The notes under the pieces are model-generated. The model was not told the DNA's origin, ran no database searches, and saw only the letters and a list, made by a program, of their open reading frames with translations. A stretch of DNA of 55,124 nucleotides from a virus (Duplodnaviria > Caudoviricetes). This document shows, in pieces, positions 27,045 through 35,733 of the stretch; positions within the stretch are counted from its first letter, which is position 1; each line of letters starts with the position of its first letter. The position numbers were made by a program, and so were the translations under genes. Where the stretch lies: positions 1-55,124 of IMG/VR virus record IMGVR_UViG_3300021957_000047, one strand, 5' to 3'.

Positions 27045-27163
27045 TCCTCTTTTAGCTCCTCTAACAATTGCTGTATTTCGATTAGTTTTTCAACTAGTGC
27101 TTTGGTGTAATCAATGTCTTGGACACTAGCTGTGTCCAATTCAATTTCAAGCTTCAGTTTCAC
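27041..27163 (-). CDS. 40-aa hypothetical protein
   Basis: Hand translation MKLKLEIELDT...LKEE; overlaps the uvsX end and gp41 start. Confidence 0.55.
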   Translation of the reverse strand: MKLKLEIELDTASVQDIDYTKALVEKLIEIQQLLEELKEE

Positions 27164-28214
27164 TTTCAACTTCCTCAATCTCATCGGAGATCAACGCACC
27201 GTTAGCCATACTGTATCGTTTACGAATAGCATCAGCTAAATCGGTTTTAGTCAACATCATCTTCCAGAAGTCACCGTTGACAGCAAACTCTTTCGCTCTC
27301 ATAAGTTTATCTGAAAGTACCTCACCAGTACTTGGATTTACAGCCTCGTACCAGCCCACTTTAGGTTTATTGATATAACCTAACTTCTCACTAATATCAA
27401 GTAGTCCAGACCACTTACTTATGCCACCCTCAAAGGTAACTGTAATCGGGATCTTAGACTTCTCACGCACATGACGTGATTTCTCGATATTGATGACAAA
27501 GTGATAACCTGCAATCTCGGTGCCTTCTTTCTCTTGTTGGCGACCAATGATCCAGATAGCATCTGAACTGTAGTAAGAACCAGTACCGCCAGACACGATG
27601 TCTTTAGGGAACATACCGATCTCTTTGTACGTGTGGTTGACACATACTAACGGGATGTCTTTTAGGTTCAAGTGTGGCGTGACGATACGGAACAAAGACT
27701 TCAATTGCTTTGCACGTGACATATCTGCCACTGACTTACCATCCAGTGCATCATCTACTTCTTTCTTCGAAGCAAGGTTACCGATAGAGTCGATAATGAT
27801 AACGACTTTCTCACCCTTGTCAATTTGGTTCAATTGAGTTGTAATATCAAACTTGAGTTGCTCTACGTCAGTAATAGGCGTATGCAACACTCTGTCAAGA
27901 TCAATACCAAAACTCTCAAAGTATGACTGTGGAGTACCAAACTCCGAGTCATAAAACAGTACGACAGCATCATCGTATTTTTTCTGATATGCGGCAGCCA
28001 TCATCAGCGCAAAGGCTGACTTGAAGTGTTTCGATGGTCCAGCAAGCATCAGAAGCCCAGGAACAAGGCCACCATCAATGCGACCAGATAGTGCTACGTT
28101 TACCATAGGTACTGGTGTAGTAGCCATCTCTTTTTTGCCATAGACTTTAGAGTCCATAATTGGCGCAGTCTGCTTGATAGAACTGTTCTTCATTAGTTTT
28201 TCAATTAGCGACAT
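27147..28214 (-). CDS. uvsX: RecA-like recombinase
   Basis: AGPSKHFKS, YDSEFG, IDSIGNLASKKE, DMSRAK. Confidence 0.95.
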   Translation of the reverse strand: MSLIEKLMKNSSIKQTAPIMDSKVYGKKEMATTPVPMVNVALSGRIDGGLVPGLLMLAGPSKHFKSAFALMMAAAYQKKYDDAVVLFYDSEFGTPQSYFESFGIDLDRVLHTPITDVEQLKFDITTQLNQIDKGEKVVIIIDSIGNLASKKEVDDALDGKSVADMSRAKQLKSLFRIVTPHLNLKDIPLVCVNHTYKEIGMFPKDIVSGGTGSYYSSDAIWIIGRQQEKEGTEIAGYHFVINIEKSRHVREKSKIPITVTFEGGISKWSGLLDISEKLGYINKPKVGWYEAVNPSTGEVLSDKLMRAKEFAVNGDFWKMMLTKTDLADAIRKRYSMANGALISDEIEEVESETEA

Positions 28215-28246
28215 AATATCTCCTATATTGTGTATTCAATTTATTC

Positions 28247-28275
28247 ATAGTAACAGGAAAGGGCTTGCTTGTCAA
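28247..28275 (-). promoter_or_regulatory. sigma70-type promoter for uvsX
   Basis: TTGACA-17-TACTAT with an extended TG. Confidence 0.75.
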
Positions 28276-28276
28276 G

Positions 28277-28540
28277 TCAACTATTATAGATTTCGAACAG
28301 CTTGGCTTCGAATTCTTCGATCTTCGCTGTTCTGTTTGGCCAGAGAATGTACTCTTTCTCTGGGTTCTTTTTCAGATTAGCCAGCAACGGTGCAATAGCA
28401 TTGTACAACTTGTCTAATGTTTCTTGCGTTGCTTCTGCCGTGCTTGATGCGGCGGCTACCTTTTCTTCGACAGCCTTGACTGCCTGTAATTCGTCTTCGT
28501 CTACGGCTGTAAAGCCGAAATCAAATATATCATCGCTCAT
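28277..28540 (-). CDS. hypothetical protein
   Basis: FDFGFTAVDE...NPEKEYILWPNR; ATGA overlap with gp43. Confidence 0.75.
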   Translation of the reverse strand: MSDDIFDFGFTAVDEDELQAVKAVEEKVAAASSTAEATQETLDKLYNAIAPLLANLKKNPEKEYILWPNRTAKIEEFEAKLFEIYNS

Positions 28541-31050
28541 GAGAAAAAATCCTCCAATGTGTTAGTCTCTTCTAAGTTCCAGTTGATAGCATCACTGACC
28601 AGCTTTAGTGGCTCTTTGAATGTCTTATCGAACTGAGTTTGATAATCTATGTATGTGTCTAGATCGAACTCTTTAGGCAAGAACTGAGGAAACGAGATGA
28701 CGTTCTCTCTCAGTGGATTAGGAGTTTTGAGATAGCAGAACTTTACTTTGCTACCATCTTTGATACCCTCCATTACTCTATCAAGTCCAGTCTCTTTCAT
28801 TTTGTGGTTGAACATAATCGCACCACGCACATGTATAGGTGTGCCTTTCTTGTACATAGTGGTCGTATCTTTCCACTTTGTTAGATCGGATACGCCACGT
28901 GGAAACGAGACGCTTTCGGCAGGTAGGCTAGTAAACTCTTCATAGAAGTCAGACACGAACTTCTGTAACTCACTCTCACTACCACTCAAAATAATCTGGT
29001 ACGCTTGCTTGAACTTATCACGCACTACTTGAGGTGTCGATGACTTGACTGCCTCAATGCCCATGATCTTTAGTTTAGGCACTGCGTACTGCACACCTTC
29101 ATTATTATGTACGTTCAGAATGTACCGCTTCTTAGCAGTCCAAACACCACGATCAGCAATAGCTTCACGTGCCATCTCCATACGATTTTCGTATGCATTC
29201 ATTCGGTCAAACAACACAGCATAAGAACGCTCTAGAACTGGCTCAAACTTTTCTTGGCAGGCTTTGTCAATAAACTTCACTGGATCAGAAGGGTTTACCA
29301 TCTTGACCAGTGGTGCCATGTCAACATAAAGAGAGTCAGTATCGATAGCAATTACATAATCTTCTTCATCGGTCTTGAGTAGTTTGTTCATGTATTTGTT
29401 CATGGCTTTCTCAGCCCATCGAACAGATAGTTGACCAGATAATGTAATGCCTTCAGCAATGGACATTTCGAAGTAACGGAAGTATTGATTGCCGAGTGCG
29501 CCATAAAGCGAGTTGAGCAAAATCTTGACCGCTTGCTGTGTGTTGTTTAGTCTATTTATCTCTCGCTTCAAGTCGTGGGAGCCATCAGACTGAGATTCTT
29601 GCTGTAACTCAAGCATCTTGTTCTTAGTCTCACGGCGTTCATTGTACAGATCAATAATGATCTCAGGCATGAAACCACGTTTGTCTTTACGATATGTAGA
29701 TCCATTTGCGGCGATAGCGACACCGTGATTCAACTGTGCATCGGATACAGGAGTATCATTTGCGAGATAAGTATCAACACCCATGGGATACATATCAGCC
29801 GGGGTGCGTATCAACGTCTCGGGCGACATGTTGTACTGTACAATTAGGTTAGGGTACAGACTGTTCAAGTCAAACGAGGTAATCCATTCACTCATGCCAA
29901 CACGTGGGTCTTTCACATAGCCACCAGGATATGGATTCTTGTGCTTATCTTTGTTTGGTGGTACAGCAATCTTACGTTCAGACAAGTAGCGATAGATGAT
30001 AGAATCCCATATGCCCGTAGTACCGAACACATCTGGGTAATTCACACCACCTTTGTATGCGATTACGAGAGCCAAGTCCATAAGACCAGTCTCTTTGTCA
30101 ATGCGGTCAACTAGATCAACGTCTCGTATGTTATAGTCGATGAACTTCTGGTGATTCTCTTTGTATAGATTGTGTAGAGTACCGAACTCTTCATAAGATA
30201 TCTTCTTCTCACCGAGAACTGTATGAGCAATATGGTTGAGTGCATAACTCTCTTGATTACCATACGTGTAGCCAAACTTCTGAAACAGATCGTAGTAGTC
30301 AACTTGGGCAATGCCGTAAAGTTCATATGCATCCATCGACTTACCCTTGATGCCGATCTGACGGTGCTTGTATATCTTCCATGGTGAATAGAGTTTGGTA
30401 GTCTCTTCGCCACATACTTTGAGTGTACGATTGATCATGTACGGGATATCGAACAAGCGAATGTTCCAACCAGTGATGATGTCAGGCGTGTTATTCTGCC
30501 AGAAGACCAGAAACTTTTCGATCAGGTCTTTCTCATTGTCACAGTGACGATACTGTATCAACTCAATACTATCTAGTTCGCTCTTGGTAGAGTCATAATG
30601 ACCTAGACCCCATACATGATAGACTTTGCTTTTGCTGTCTTTGTATGCGATAGAGATGATAGGATGATCAGCTTGCTCTGGGTGAGGAAAGCCATCGTCT
30701 GATGCAACCTCGATATCGATATTACCAACACAGATATGTCGCAACTTATAATCGATCTCACCAGGGAACGCCTTCTCAATGAACTGTGCCACGAAGTTGT
30801 TGTTGCCGTGAACTTTGAAGTTGTCTACGTCTGCGTAACTCTTAGAGAATTCTTGCGCTTCAGACATACTATCGAACTGCATAGGTTCAACCGCACTACC
30901 GTCTAGTGCTTTCCACTCAGACGATTTGTTAGATGGGACGAATAGTGTTGGCTTGAATGGCACTCTCTTGTGAATGCGTTGACCGTCGGCTGTGTAGCCA
31001 CGGAATAGCATCTTGTTGCCATATCTATGTACGGAAGTGTAAAAACTCAT
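28537..31050 (-). CDS. gp43: family B DNA polymerase
   Basis: DIE exonuclease motif, DLNSLYP, KILLNSLYG, DTDS, KKRY; C-terminal LEDFF clamp motif. Confidence 0.97.
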   Translation of the reverse strand: MSFYTSVHRYGNKMLFRGYTADGQRIHKRVPFKPTLFVPSNKSSEWKALDGSAVEPMQFDSMSEAQEFSKSYADVDNFKVHGNNNFVAQFIEKAFPGEIDYKLRHICVGNIDIEVASDDGFPHPEQADHPIISIAYKDSKSKVYHVWGLGHYDSTKSELDSIELIQYRHCDNEKDLIEKFLVFWQNNTPDIITGWNIRLFDIPYMINRTLKVCGEETTKLYSPWKIYKHRQIGIKGKSMDAYELYGIAQVDYYDLFQKFGYTYGNQESYALNHIAHTVLGEKKISYEEFGTLHNLYKENHQKFIDYNIRDVDLVDRIDKETGLMDLALVIAYKGGVNYPDVFGTTGIWDSIIYRYLSERKIAVPPNKDKHKNPYPGGYVKDPRVGMSEWITSFDLNSLYPNLIVQYNMSPETLIRTPADMYPMGVDTYLANDTPVSDAQLNHGVAIAANGSTYRKDKRGFMPEIIIDLYNERRETKNKMLELQQESQSDGSHDLKREINRLNNTQQAVKILLNSLYGALGNQYFRYFEMSIAEGITLSGQLSVRWAEKAMNKYMNKLLKTDEEDYVIAIDTDSLYVDMAPLVKMVNPSDPVKFIDKACQEKFEPVLERSYAVLFDRMNAYENRMEMAREAIADRGVWTAKKRYILNVHNNEGVQYAVPKLKIMGIEAVKSSTPQVVRDKFKQAYQIILSGSESELQKFVSDFYEEFTSLPAESVSFPRGVSDLTKWKDTTTMYKKGTPIHVRGAIMFNHKMKETGLDRVMEGIKDGSKVKFCYLKTPNPLRENVISFPQFLPKEFDLDTYIDYQTQFDKTFKEPLKLVSDAINWNLEETNTLEDFFS

Positions 31051-31119
31051 AAGACCTCAATCTGTTTCATATAATTTACAATGTATCGGATATGATACAT
31101 TTTGTCGAATATAACGTGT

Positions 31120-31148
31120 ATTCTATCACATCCGATATCACTTGTCAA
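31120..31148 (-). promoter_or_regulatory. sigma70-type promoter for gp43
   Basis: TTGACA-17-TAGAAT with an extended TG. Confidence 0.8.
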
Positions 31149-31350
31149 TGCTAGTGTACTGACCGAACACGCTAGGAGCAAGTCTCTGTGCTTCTTCCAT
31201 GTAGTATTCACCGGGGTAATGCTTCAAGCATCGGTACGCTTCTTTACGTATAGCACTTGGTACTCTAGGAGTTTTCTTAGGATCCATAAGGTCTACCAAA
31301 AACAATCTAGTGTTATCGATAGCCCATTTTCGTTCATTAGGCATCGTCAT
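31138..31350 (-). CDS. small hypothetical protein
   Basis: TPRVPSAIRKEAYRCLKHYP motif. Confidence 0.7.
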   Translation of the reverse strand: MTMPNERKWAIDNTRLFLVDLMDPKKTPRVPSAIRKEAYRCLKHYPGEYYMEEAQRLAPSVFGQYTSIDK

Positions 31351-32480
31351 TAGTCTTCCCTCTGTCCAAAACCATAATCAATAACTACAGGAAATCTTGG
31401 CACACCATCAGGTGTAAGACCAAAGTATCTCAGTGTAGCCCATGTTGGTGTATCACCAACTTCCCACAACTCTTTCAGAACTTCTTGCTTGCCTCTAACT
31501 CCAGCACCACAGGTCTCACCACTTGGCAAAGTAAGAGCGAAGTGTTTCACATGACCTGCCCAGTTGCCTTGACCTTCTAGCATAGACACCACTGTAAACT
31601 CTTCAGTGATGAACTCTTTACGCTTGAGTAAGCCATTCGATCTCTTGTTCTCATAAGGAGTATCTTTACGTACCATCTGACCCTCATAGCCATCTGTCAT
31701 ATATTTAGAATACAACTCATCAAGTTCTTCTTGATTGACACACAGTTCTGTAGGCACTTTCTTGAGGAACAGACACTTATCGTTGACTAGACTGTCAATC
31801 ATGGTGCTACGTAACGAGAACGACAATTCAGGTGATAGTGAATCTTGTGCATCATAGATGTGATATTGCACCAACTCTTTCGCTTCTTTCATGTCTGCTT
31901 CTGTAGACTTTAGCTTTCTAACTAGTGAGGTGATCTTGTTGAAATCATCTTTGAGTTCGTGGTTATACAACTCACCATCTAATGTTAGTGTAGGGTTTGC
32001 TACTAGTATTGGCTTGACTGCATTCCAGATATGTGGACAACTTGTGATTGGTTTACCCGCTCTTGTCCATAGTCCAGTAGAGTTAGCGACACATCTAATA
32101 CCGTCTAGCTTAGGCTGACTAAAGCCAGAGTCAAGTTGAACTCTTTGCTTAGTGTAGTCACCCGCAAGCATAGGCTTGAACTTCTCGTATGTATCGATTA
32201 GTTTGATATCAGCGAAGTACTCTTTCTCGCTCTTCTTATCCCAACTTGCTTGGGCTTCAGCGATAGCTTGAGTGATATTGGTCGTTGCGTTTACCTTACC
32301 AACGTTTTTTGGTAAGCATAGTTTCCATCCAGAGGTCACTAGTTGACCGTCTTGAATACCCGCAATCGATCTTGTGCCTGCAGTGGATTCATCATCATAA
32401 CCATACTCAATGGTCAGTACCCTCACTTTGCCTTTAGTGTCACGCTTATACAGCGTGGGTAATGCTGTTACGTTTTTCAT
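31350..32480 (-). CDS. ATP-dependent DNA ligase
   Basis: PMLA, QPKLDGIRC, LDGELY, YEGQMVR, LLKRK and an OB domain ending PRFP. Confidence 0.92.
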   Translation of the reverse strand: MKNVTALPTLYKRDTKGKVRVLTIEYGYDDESTAGTRSIAGIQDGQLVTSGWKLCLPKNVGKVNATTNITQAIAEAQASWDKKSEKEYFADIKLIDTYEKFKPMLAGDYTKQRVQLDSGFSQPKLDGIRCVANSTGLWTRAGKPITSCPHIWNAVKPILVANPTLTLDGELYNHELKDDFNKITSLVRKLKSTEADMKEAKELVQYHIYDAQDSLSPELSFSLRSTMIDSLVNDKCLFLKKVPTELCVNQEELDELYSKYMTDGYEGQMVRKDTPYENKRSNGLLKRKEFITEEFTVVSMLEGQGNWAGHVKHFALTLPSGETCGAGVRGKQEVLKELWEVGDTPTWATLRYFGLTPDGVPRFPVVIDYGFGQRED

Positions 32481-32505
32481 ATTATATTCTCCGTGTTAGA
32501 CGTGT

Positions 32506-32535
32506 ATTATAACACGAATGTCAAGCGGATGTCAA
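32506..32535 (-). promoter_or_regulatory. sigma70-type promoter for the ligase
   Basis: TTGACA-18-TATAAT. Confidence 0.75.
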
Positions 32536-32549
32536 CAACTAATTTGAAG

Positions 32550-32578
32550 AAAAAAGAATAGCAGAATGACTGCTATTC
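32550..32578 (-). terminator. intrinsic terminator
   Basis: GAATAGCAG-TCATT-CTGCTATTC-TTTTTT. Confidence 0.85.
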
Positions 32579-32604
32579 CTAGATGTGTTCCTGTTACTTT
32601 CAAG

Positions 32605-32715
32605 CTATTGCCAGATACCCATCGTCAGTAAGGGTATACCAACGATAATAAAAACGATAACAAGAAATGCAGGAAAGAGCCCCTTTGTGGTGCAGTAGTT
32701 TTGATGTTCATTCAT
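32605..32715 (-). CDS. 36-aa membrane peptide
   Basis: Hand translation MNEHQNYCTTKGLFPAFLVIVFIIVGIPLLTMGIWQ. Confidence 0.55.
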   Translation of the reverse strand: MNEHQNYCTTKGLFPAFLVIVFIIVGIPLLTMGIWQ

Positions 32716-32718
32716 CTA

Positions 32719-32886
32719 TTACCAACCTTTCATTGCTCGGTTGTCAAAGTGATATTGCTTGCATTCTTTCATAGTCTCAGATACTCCTTCTTGAAGTTCT
32801 TTTTTACATAGTGCGTTCAACTTAGCGTTACCGCTTGTTGCGCTGATTGTACCCACGACTACTATAACCCAAAATACTATGCTCAT
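32719..32886 (-). CDS. 55-aa membrane-anchored or exported peptide
   Basis: AGGAG SD; MSIVFWVIVVVG...LCKKE...ECKQY. Confidence 0.65.
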   Translation of the reverse strand: MSIVFWVIVVVGTISATSGNAKLNALCKKELQEGVSETMKECKQYHFDNRAMKGW

Positions 32887-32906
32887 ACTTTACTCCTTTT
32901 TTAAAT

Positions 32907-32941
32907 AAAAAAATGCGAAAGCCTATTGACCTTCGCATTTT
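32907..32941 (-). terminator. intrinsic terminator
   Basis: ATGCGAAGG-loop-CTTTCGCAT-TTTTTT. Confidence 0.8.
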
Positions 32942-32954
32942 ACCGACGTGTTGT

Positions 32955-33188
32955 TTATTTCTTTTCAGCTACGAAAGAATATAACTCCTTTGCTTTTTCC
33001 ATCAACTCTTCCATTGAGTACATTTTATAGGCATCTTTGACTTGCGCCTCAATGTCTTTGCGGGCTTTTTCACCCTCTCCGATCATGTTCTCATAGAACT
33101 GGATGTTCATATGATACTGTTGATCCATGTATTCTTTTGCAAGTTGAAGCATTTCTGCTCTGATTTCAAACGGGTTTTTATTAGACAT
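32955..33188 (-). CDS. hypothetical protein
   Basis: Start MSNKNPFEIR; AGGAG SD preceded by an ACACAC tract. Confidence 0.75.
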   Translation of the reverse strand: MSNKNPFEIRAEMLQLAKEYMDQQYHMNIQFYENMIGEGEKARKDIEAQVKDAYKMYSMEELMEKAKELYSFVAEKK

Positions 33189-33223
33189 ACTTTTCTCCTG
33201 TGTTGTGTGTGTTGTCTTCATTC

Positions 33224-33346
33224 TTAGGATATGCTACTTAGACATGTAGCTATTACAAAGACACATAATCCACTCAATGCAACTTGTGCAACTGCATCGC
33301 AGAATGTGCCATCGCAACTCTTCAGAAAAGAGATTGCTCTATTCAT
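33224..33346 (-). CDS. 40-aa Cys-rich membrane peptide
   Basis: Hand translation MNRAISFLKSCDGTFCDAVAQVALSGLCVFVIATCLSSIS; SD present. Confidence 0.55.
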   Translation of the reverse strand: MNRAISFLKSCDGTFCDAVAQVALSGLCVFVIATCLSSIS

Positions 33347-33378
33347 CGCCTCTTTTACTCCTATTGGTGCGTGGATGA

Positions 33379-33403
33379 TAAGGGAGGGATTTGCACCCCT
33401 CCC
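33379..33403 (-). terminator. hairpin after hsp20
   Basis: GGGAGGGG-TGCAAA-TCCCTCCC-TT. Confidence 0.65.
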
Positions 33404-33410
33404 CAGGTTC

Positions 33411-33863
33411 TTATTTGTCTTCTGTTAGAAAGACTTCCTCTCCGGATCCAATATCGATCTTTCGAGGCTTTTTCTCTTCTGGAATTACGTTCTCTAGGTC
33501 AATCTTTAGGATACCATTTACAAGGTCTGCCCCTCGTACTTCAACGGTATCTGCAAGAGTGAATGTGCGTGTAAAGTCACGTGCGGCGATGCCTTTGTGA
33601 AGATACTCTGCACTGTCATCTAGTTTCTTCGTACCAGATACTTTCAACTCTCCATCTTCAACAGTAATATTGATTTCGTCCTGAATGAATCCAGCGACGG
33701 CAATTTCGATCACGTAATGATCGTCCTCAGTCTTTACGATGTTGTAGGGAGGATAGTTACTTTGTTTTTGTTGAATGCCATTCAACATGTGCATACGATC
33801 AAAGATTCGGTCGAAACCAACTAAGTCGTTGCGTAGGCTATTGTTTACTTGCGTAAATGTCAT
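33411..33863 (-). CDS. hsp20: small heat-shock protein (IbpA-like)
   Basis: GFDRIF, NYPPYNI, IEIAVAGF, YLHKGIA, NGIL, IPEEKKPRKI. Confidence 0.95.
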   Translation of the reverse strand: MTFTQVNNSLRNDLVGFDRIFDRMHMLNGIQQKQSNYPPYNIVKTEDDHYVIEIAVAGFIQDEINITVEDGELKVSGTKKLDDSAEYLHKGIAARDFTRTFTLADTVEVRGADLVNGILKIDLENVIPEEKKPRKIDIGSGEEVFLTEDK

Positions 33864-33922
33864 ATCATTTCTCCTTTATAAAAGCAAGATTAATTATGTA
33901 AGCCCTCAAGGGCGCTTACGTC
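33864..33922 (-). promoter_or_regulatory. ROSE-like RNA thermometer in the hsp20 5' UTR
   Basis: 5' hairpin, then TCTTGCT pairing with SD AGGAGA with a bulged G. Confidence 0.65.
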
Positions 33923-33924
33923 TT

Positions 33925-33932
33925 TATTTATA
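33925..33932 (-). promoter_or_regulatory. T4-type late promoter for hsp20
   Basis: TATAAATA. Confidence 0.8.
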
Positions 33933-33997
33933 CATGAAGAATGGTAATGCTACAAAAAATCTTCATGTATTTTAGTAATGACTAGGATGTTACTGAG

Positions 33998-34663
33998 TTA
34001 TACTCCAGTACTACCAAAGCCACCGCTTCTGTCAGTCTTCAAACCAGGCTCTTCGTCTACAACTTCAAACGTGACTTGTTCCATTGGAACTACCTCGCCT
34101 TGTGCAATACGATCACCGTCTCTAATATGAAACGGCTCATGTGAGATGTTGTGAAGCATGACAAAAGTTTGGTTCACATAATCAGAATCTACAATGCCTT
34201 CGCAGTTAGCAACTACGATACCATTCTTCAATGCAAGTCCTGATCTAGGGTGAATTCGTAAACTTTTGTTTGCGTCTAAGTCGAACACTAGTCCCGTAGG
34301 CACTAGAATGCGCTCATCTGAGTATAGTGTCAATGCACCATATTCATCGACTGTACGTTTACCTTTTTTACTAACGTTACCGTATACAGTTACTTCGTCA
34401 AAGGCACGTAGACTTGCTTTTAGATCAAAGCAGGCAGCCCATTGGCTACCGTATTCAGGCAACCACGCATCTTCCCAAAGTTTGTACACTCGTAGTGTTG
34501 TGGGCCAAACATGGTCCCATGACACCTTTACGTTGGATGGAATTGAATACTCACTCGTAATAGGGTAATCCACTGTAAAGGATGTACTCACGCCGAGTGT
34601 GTCTGGAAAAAGGTCTAACTGTGGAGTACCAAACTCCGAGTCATAAAGTTGCTTCTCTGTCAT
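33998..34663 (-). CDS. dut: trimeric dUTPase with N-terminal extension
   Basis: ACFDL, HPRSGLA, GIVDSDY, GDRIAQ, RSGGFGSTG. Confidence 0.93.
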   Translation of the reverse strand: MTEKQLYDSEFGTPQLDLFPDTLGVSTSFTVDYPITSEYSIPSNVKVSWDHVWPTTLRVYKLWEDAWLPEYGSQWAACFDLKASLRAFDEVTVYGNVSKKGKRTVDEYGALTLYSDERILVPTGLVFDLDANKSLRIHPRSGLALKNGIVVANCEGIVDSDYVNQTFVMLHNISHEPFHIRDGDRIAQGEVVPMEQVTFEVVDEEPGLKTDRSGGFGSTGV

Positions 34664-34770
34664 TGTCTAAGGTCCTCATACATTTCACTATAAAGTCGAT
34701 GTTTGCTCAAGTCGCCTTGAGGCTTTGGGTCGTTCAGAAGTTTCCACCAACGCTTGATGCGTTCTATCAT
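34660..34770 (-). CDS. 36-aa hypothetical protein
   Basis: AGGAG SD; MIERIKRWWK...; ATGA overlap with dut. Confidence 0.55.
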   Translation of the reverse strand: MIERIKRWWKLLNDPKPQGDLSKHRLYSEMYEDLRQ

Positions 34771-34785
34771 AACAAATTCTCCTGT

Positions 34786-35181
34786 TTACTTTTTCTTGCC
34801 GATACTGTACTTCGCTACCAGTTCCCACTGGTCCTTCTCTTTGTATGGCAATATTTTGATTTGCGACAAGGGTGCCGCTGGCTCATCTGCTATTGATGCA
34901 GACATAGTTTTGATCAGTCCCCATTCTTCAAGAAGTTTCACAATGGTATTTCTACGTGCTTTATCTTCATCAGAGAAGTTGTTTATCTTGCCGTCAAGCA
35001 TAAACAGTTCTTTGAAGTGTACGATATAGTACTTACCTTGTTTGTGAAGAATGTGACAGGATTGATATAATTTCTTGTCTTTTCTCGAAGCGATTCCAAT
35101 ACGAGTCAATGTCTCTTTGATTTTTAGAAAACTTTCTTCGCTTGGTAGTTCGACTTCGACAAGTCTCTCTACGATATTCAT
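34786..35181 (-). CDS. regA: translational repressor
   Basis: FLKIKETLTRIGIAS, QSCHILHKQGKYYIVHFKEL. Confidence 0.96.
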   Translation of the reverse strand: MNIVERLVEVELPSEESFLKIKETLTRIGIASRKDKKLYQSCHILHKQGKYYIVHFKELFMLDGKINNFSDEDKARRNTIVKLLEEWGLIKTMSASIADEPAAPLSQIKILPYKEKDQWELVAKYSIGKKK

Positions 35182-35573
35182 TTTTTATTTCCACCTGTTT
35201 CTAGTTGTTGTTCCATAAAATTTAGCTGTTCACTGGACAACAAAGGTAGATATTCTCTTGCGATATTGCGGTTACATTTATAAGTAGCGCATATCATATC
35301 CAATTCCTTATCACCAGCATCTTTTACCCACCTCGCAAATCGCTTTTGAGGTCTTACACTATTTAGTAAAAACTCGTACTGAGGACGATGGTCTAGACTG
35401 TGGAATTGGTTTACTAGATTGGCGTGGAGAATAGTGTCTGGGAAGTAAGACAGTGCTTTGTTCACTAGAAACGGACTGTACTGCTTCTCAGCCAAAGCAT
35501 CATTCTCGCTGTCACGCATCATATTCTTTTTGCTTTGGTTTATGGTATTTACATAATCAAACGGATTGCTCAT
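35178..35573 (-). CDS. gp62: clamp loader small subunit
   Basis: YSPFLVNKALSYFPDT...QYEFLLNSVR; position between gp44 and regA. Confidence 0.9.
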   Translation of the reverse strand: MSNPFDYVNTINQSKKNMMRDSENDALAEKQYSPFLVNKALSYFPDTILHANLVNQFHSLDHRPQYEFLLNSVRPQKRFARWVKDAGDKELDMICATYKCNRNIAREYLPLLSSEQLNFMEQQLETGGNKK

Positions 35574-35733
35574 AGTCTTCACTCACATAAGTTAGGTCGT
35601 GCTTTTCGGAGCACTTTTCACATACATACACTTCACCTATTCTTTCATCTTCATATCGATACTTGATGGTTGAGTATGTTTTGCCGCATTTCTTACGACA
35701 GATTAGGCACTTCTTAGTATTCAGGAGTTTCAT
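35557..35733 (-). CDS. small zinc-finger protein between gp44 and gp62
   Basis: CLIC...CEKC; ATGA coupling to gp44. Confidence 0.6.
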   Translation of the reverse strand: MKLLNTKKCLICRKKCGKTYSTIKYRYEDERIGEVYVCEKCSEKHDLTYVSEDYEQSV

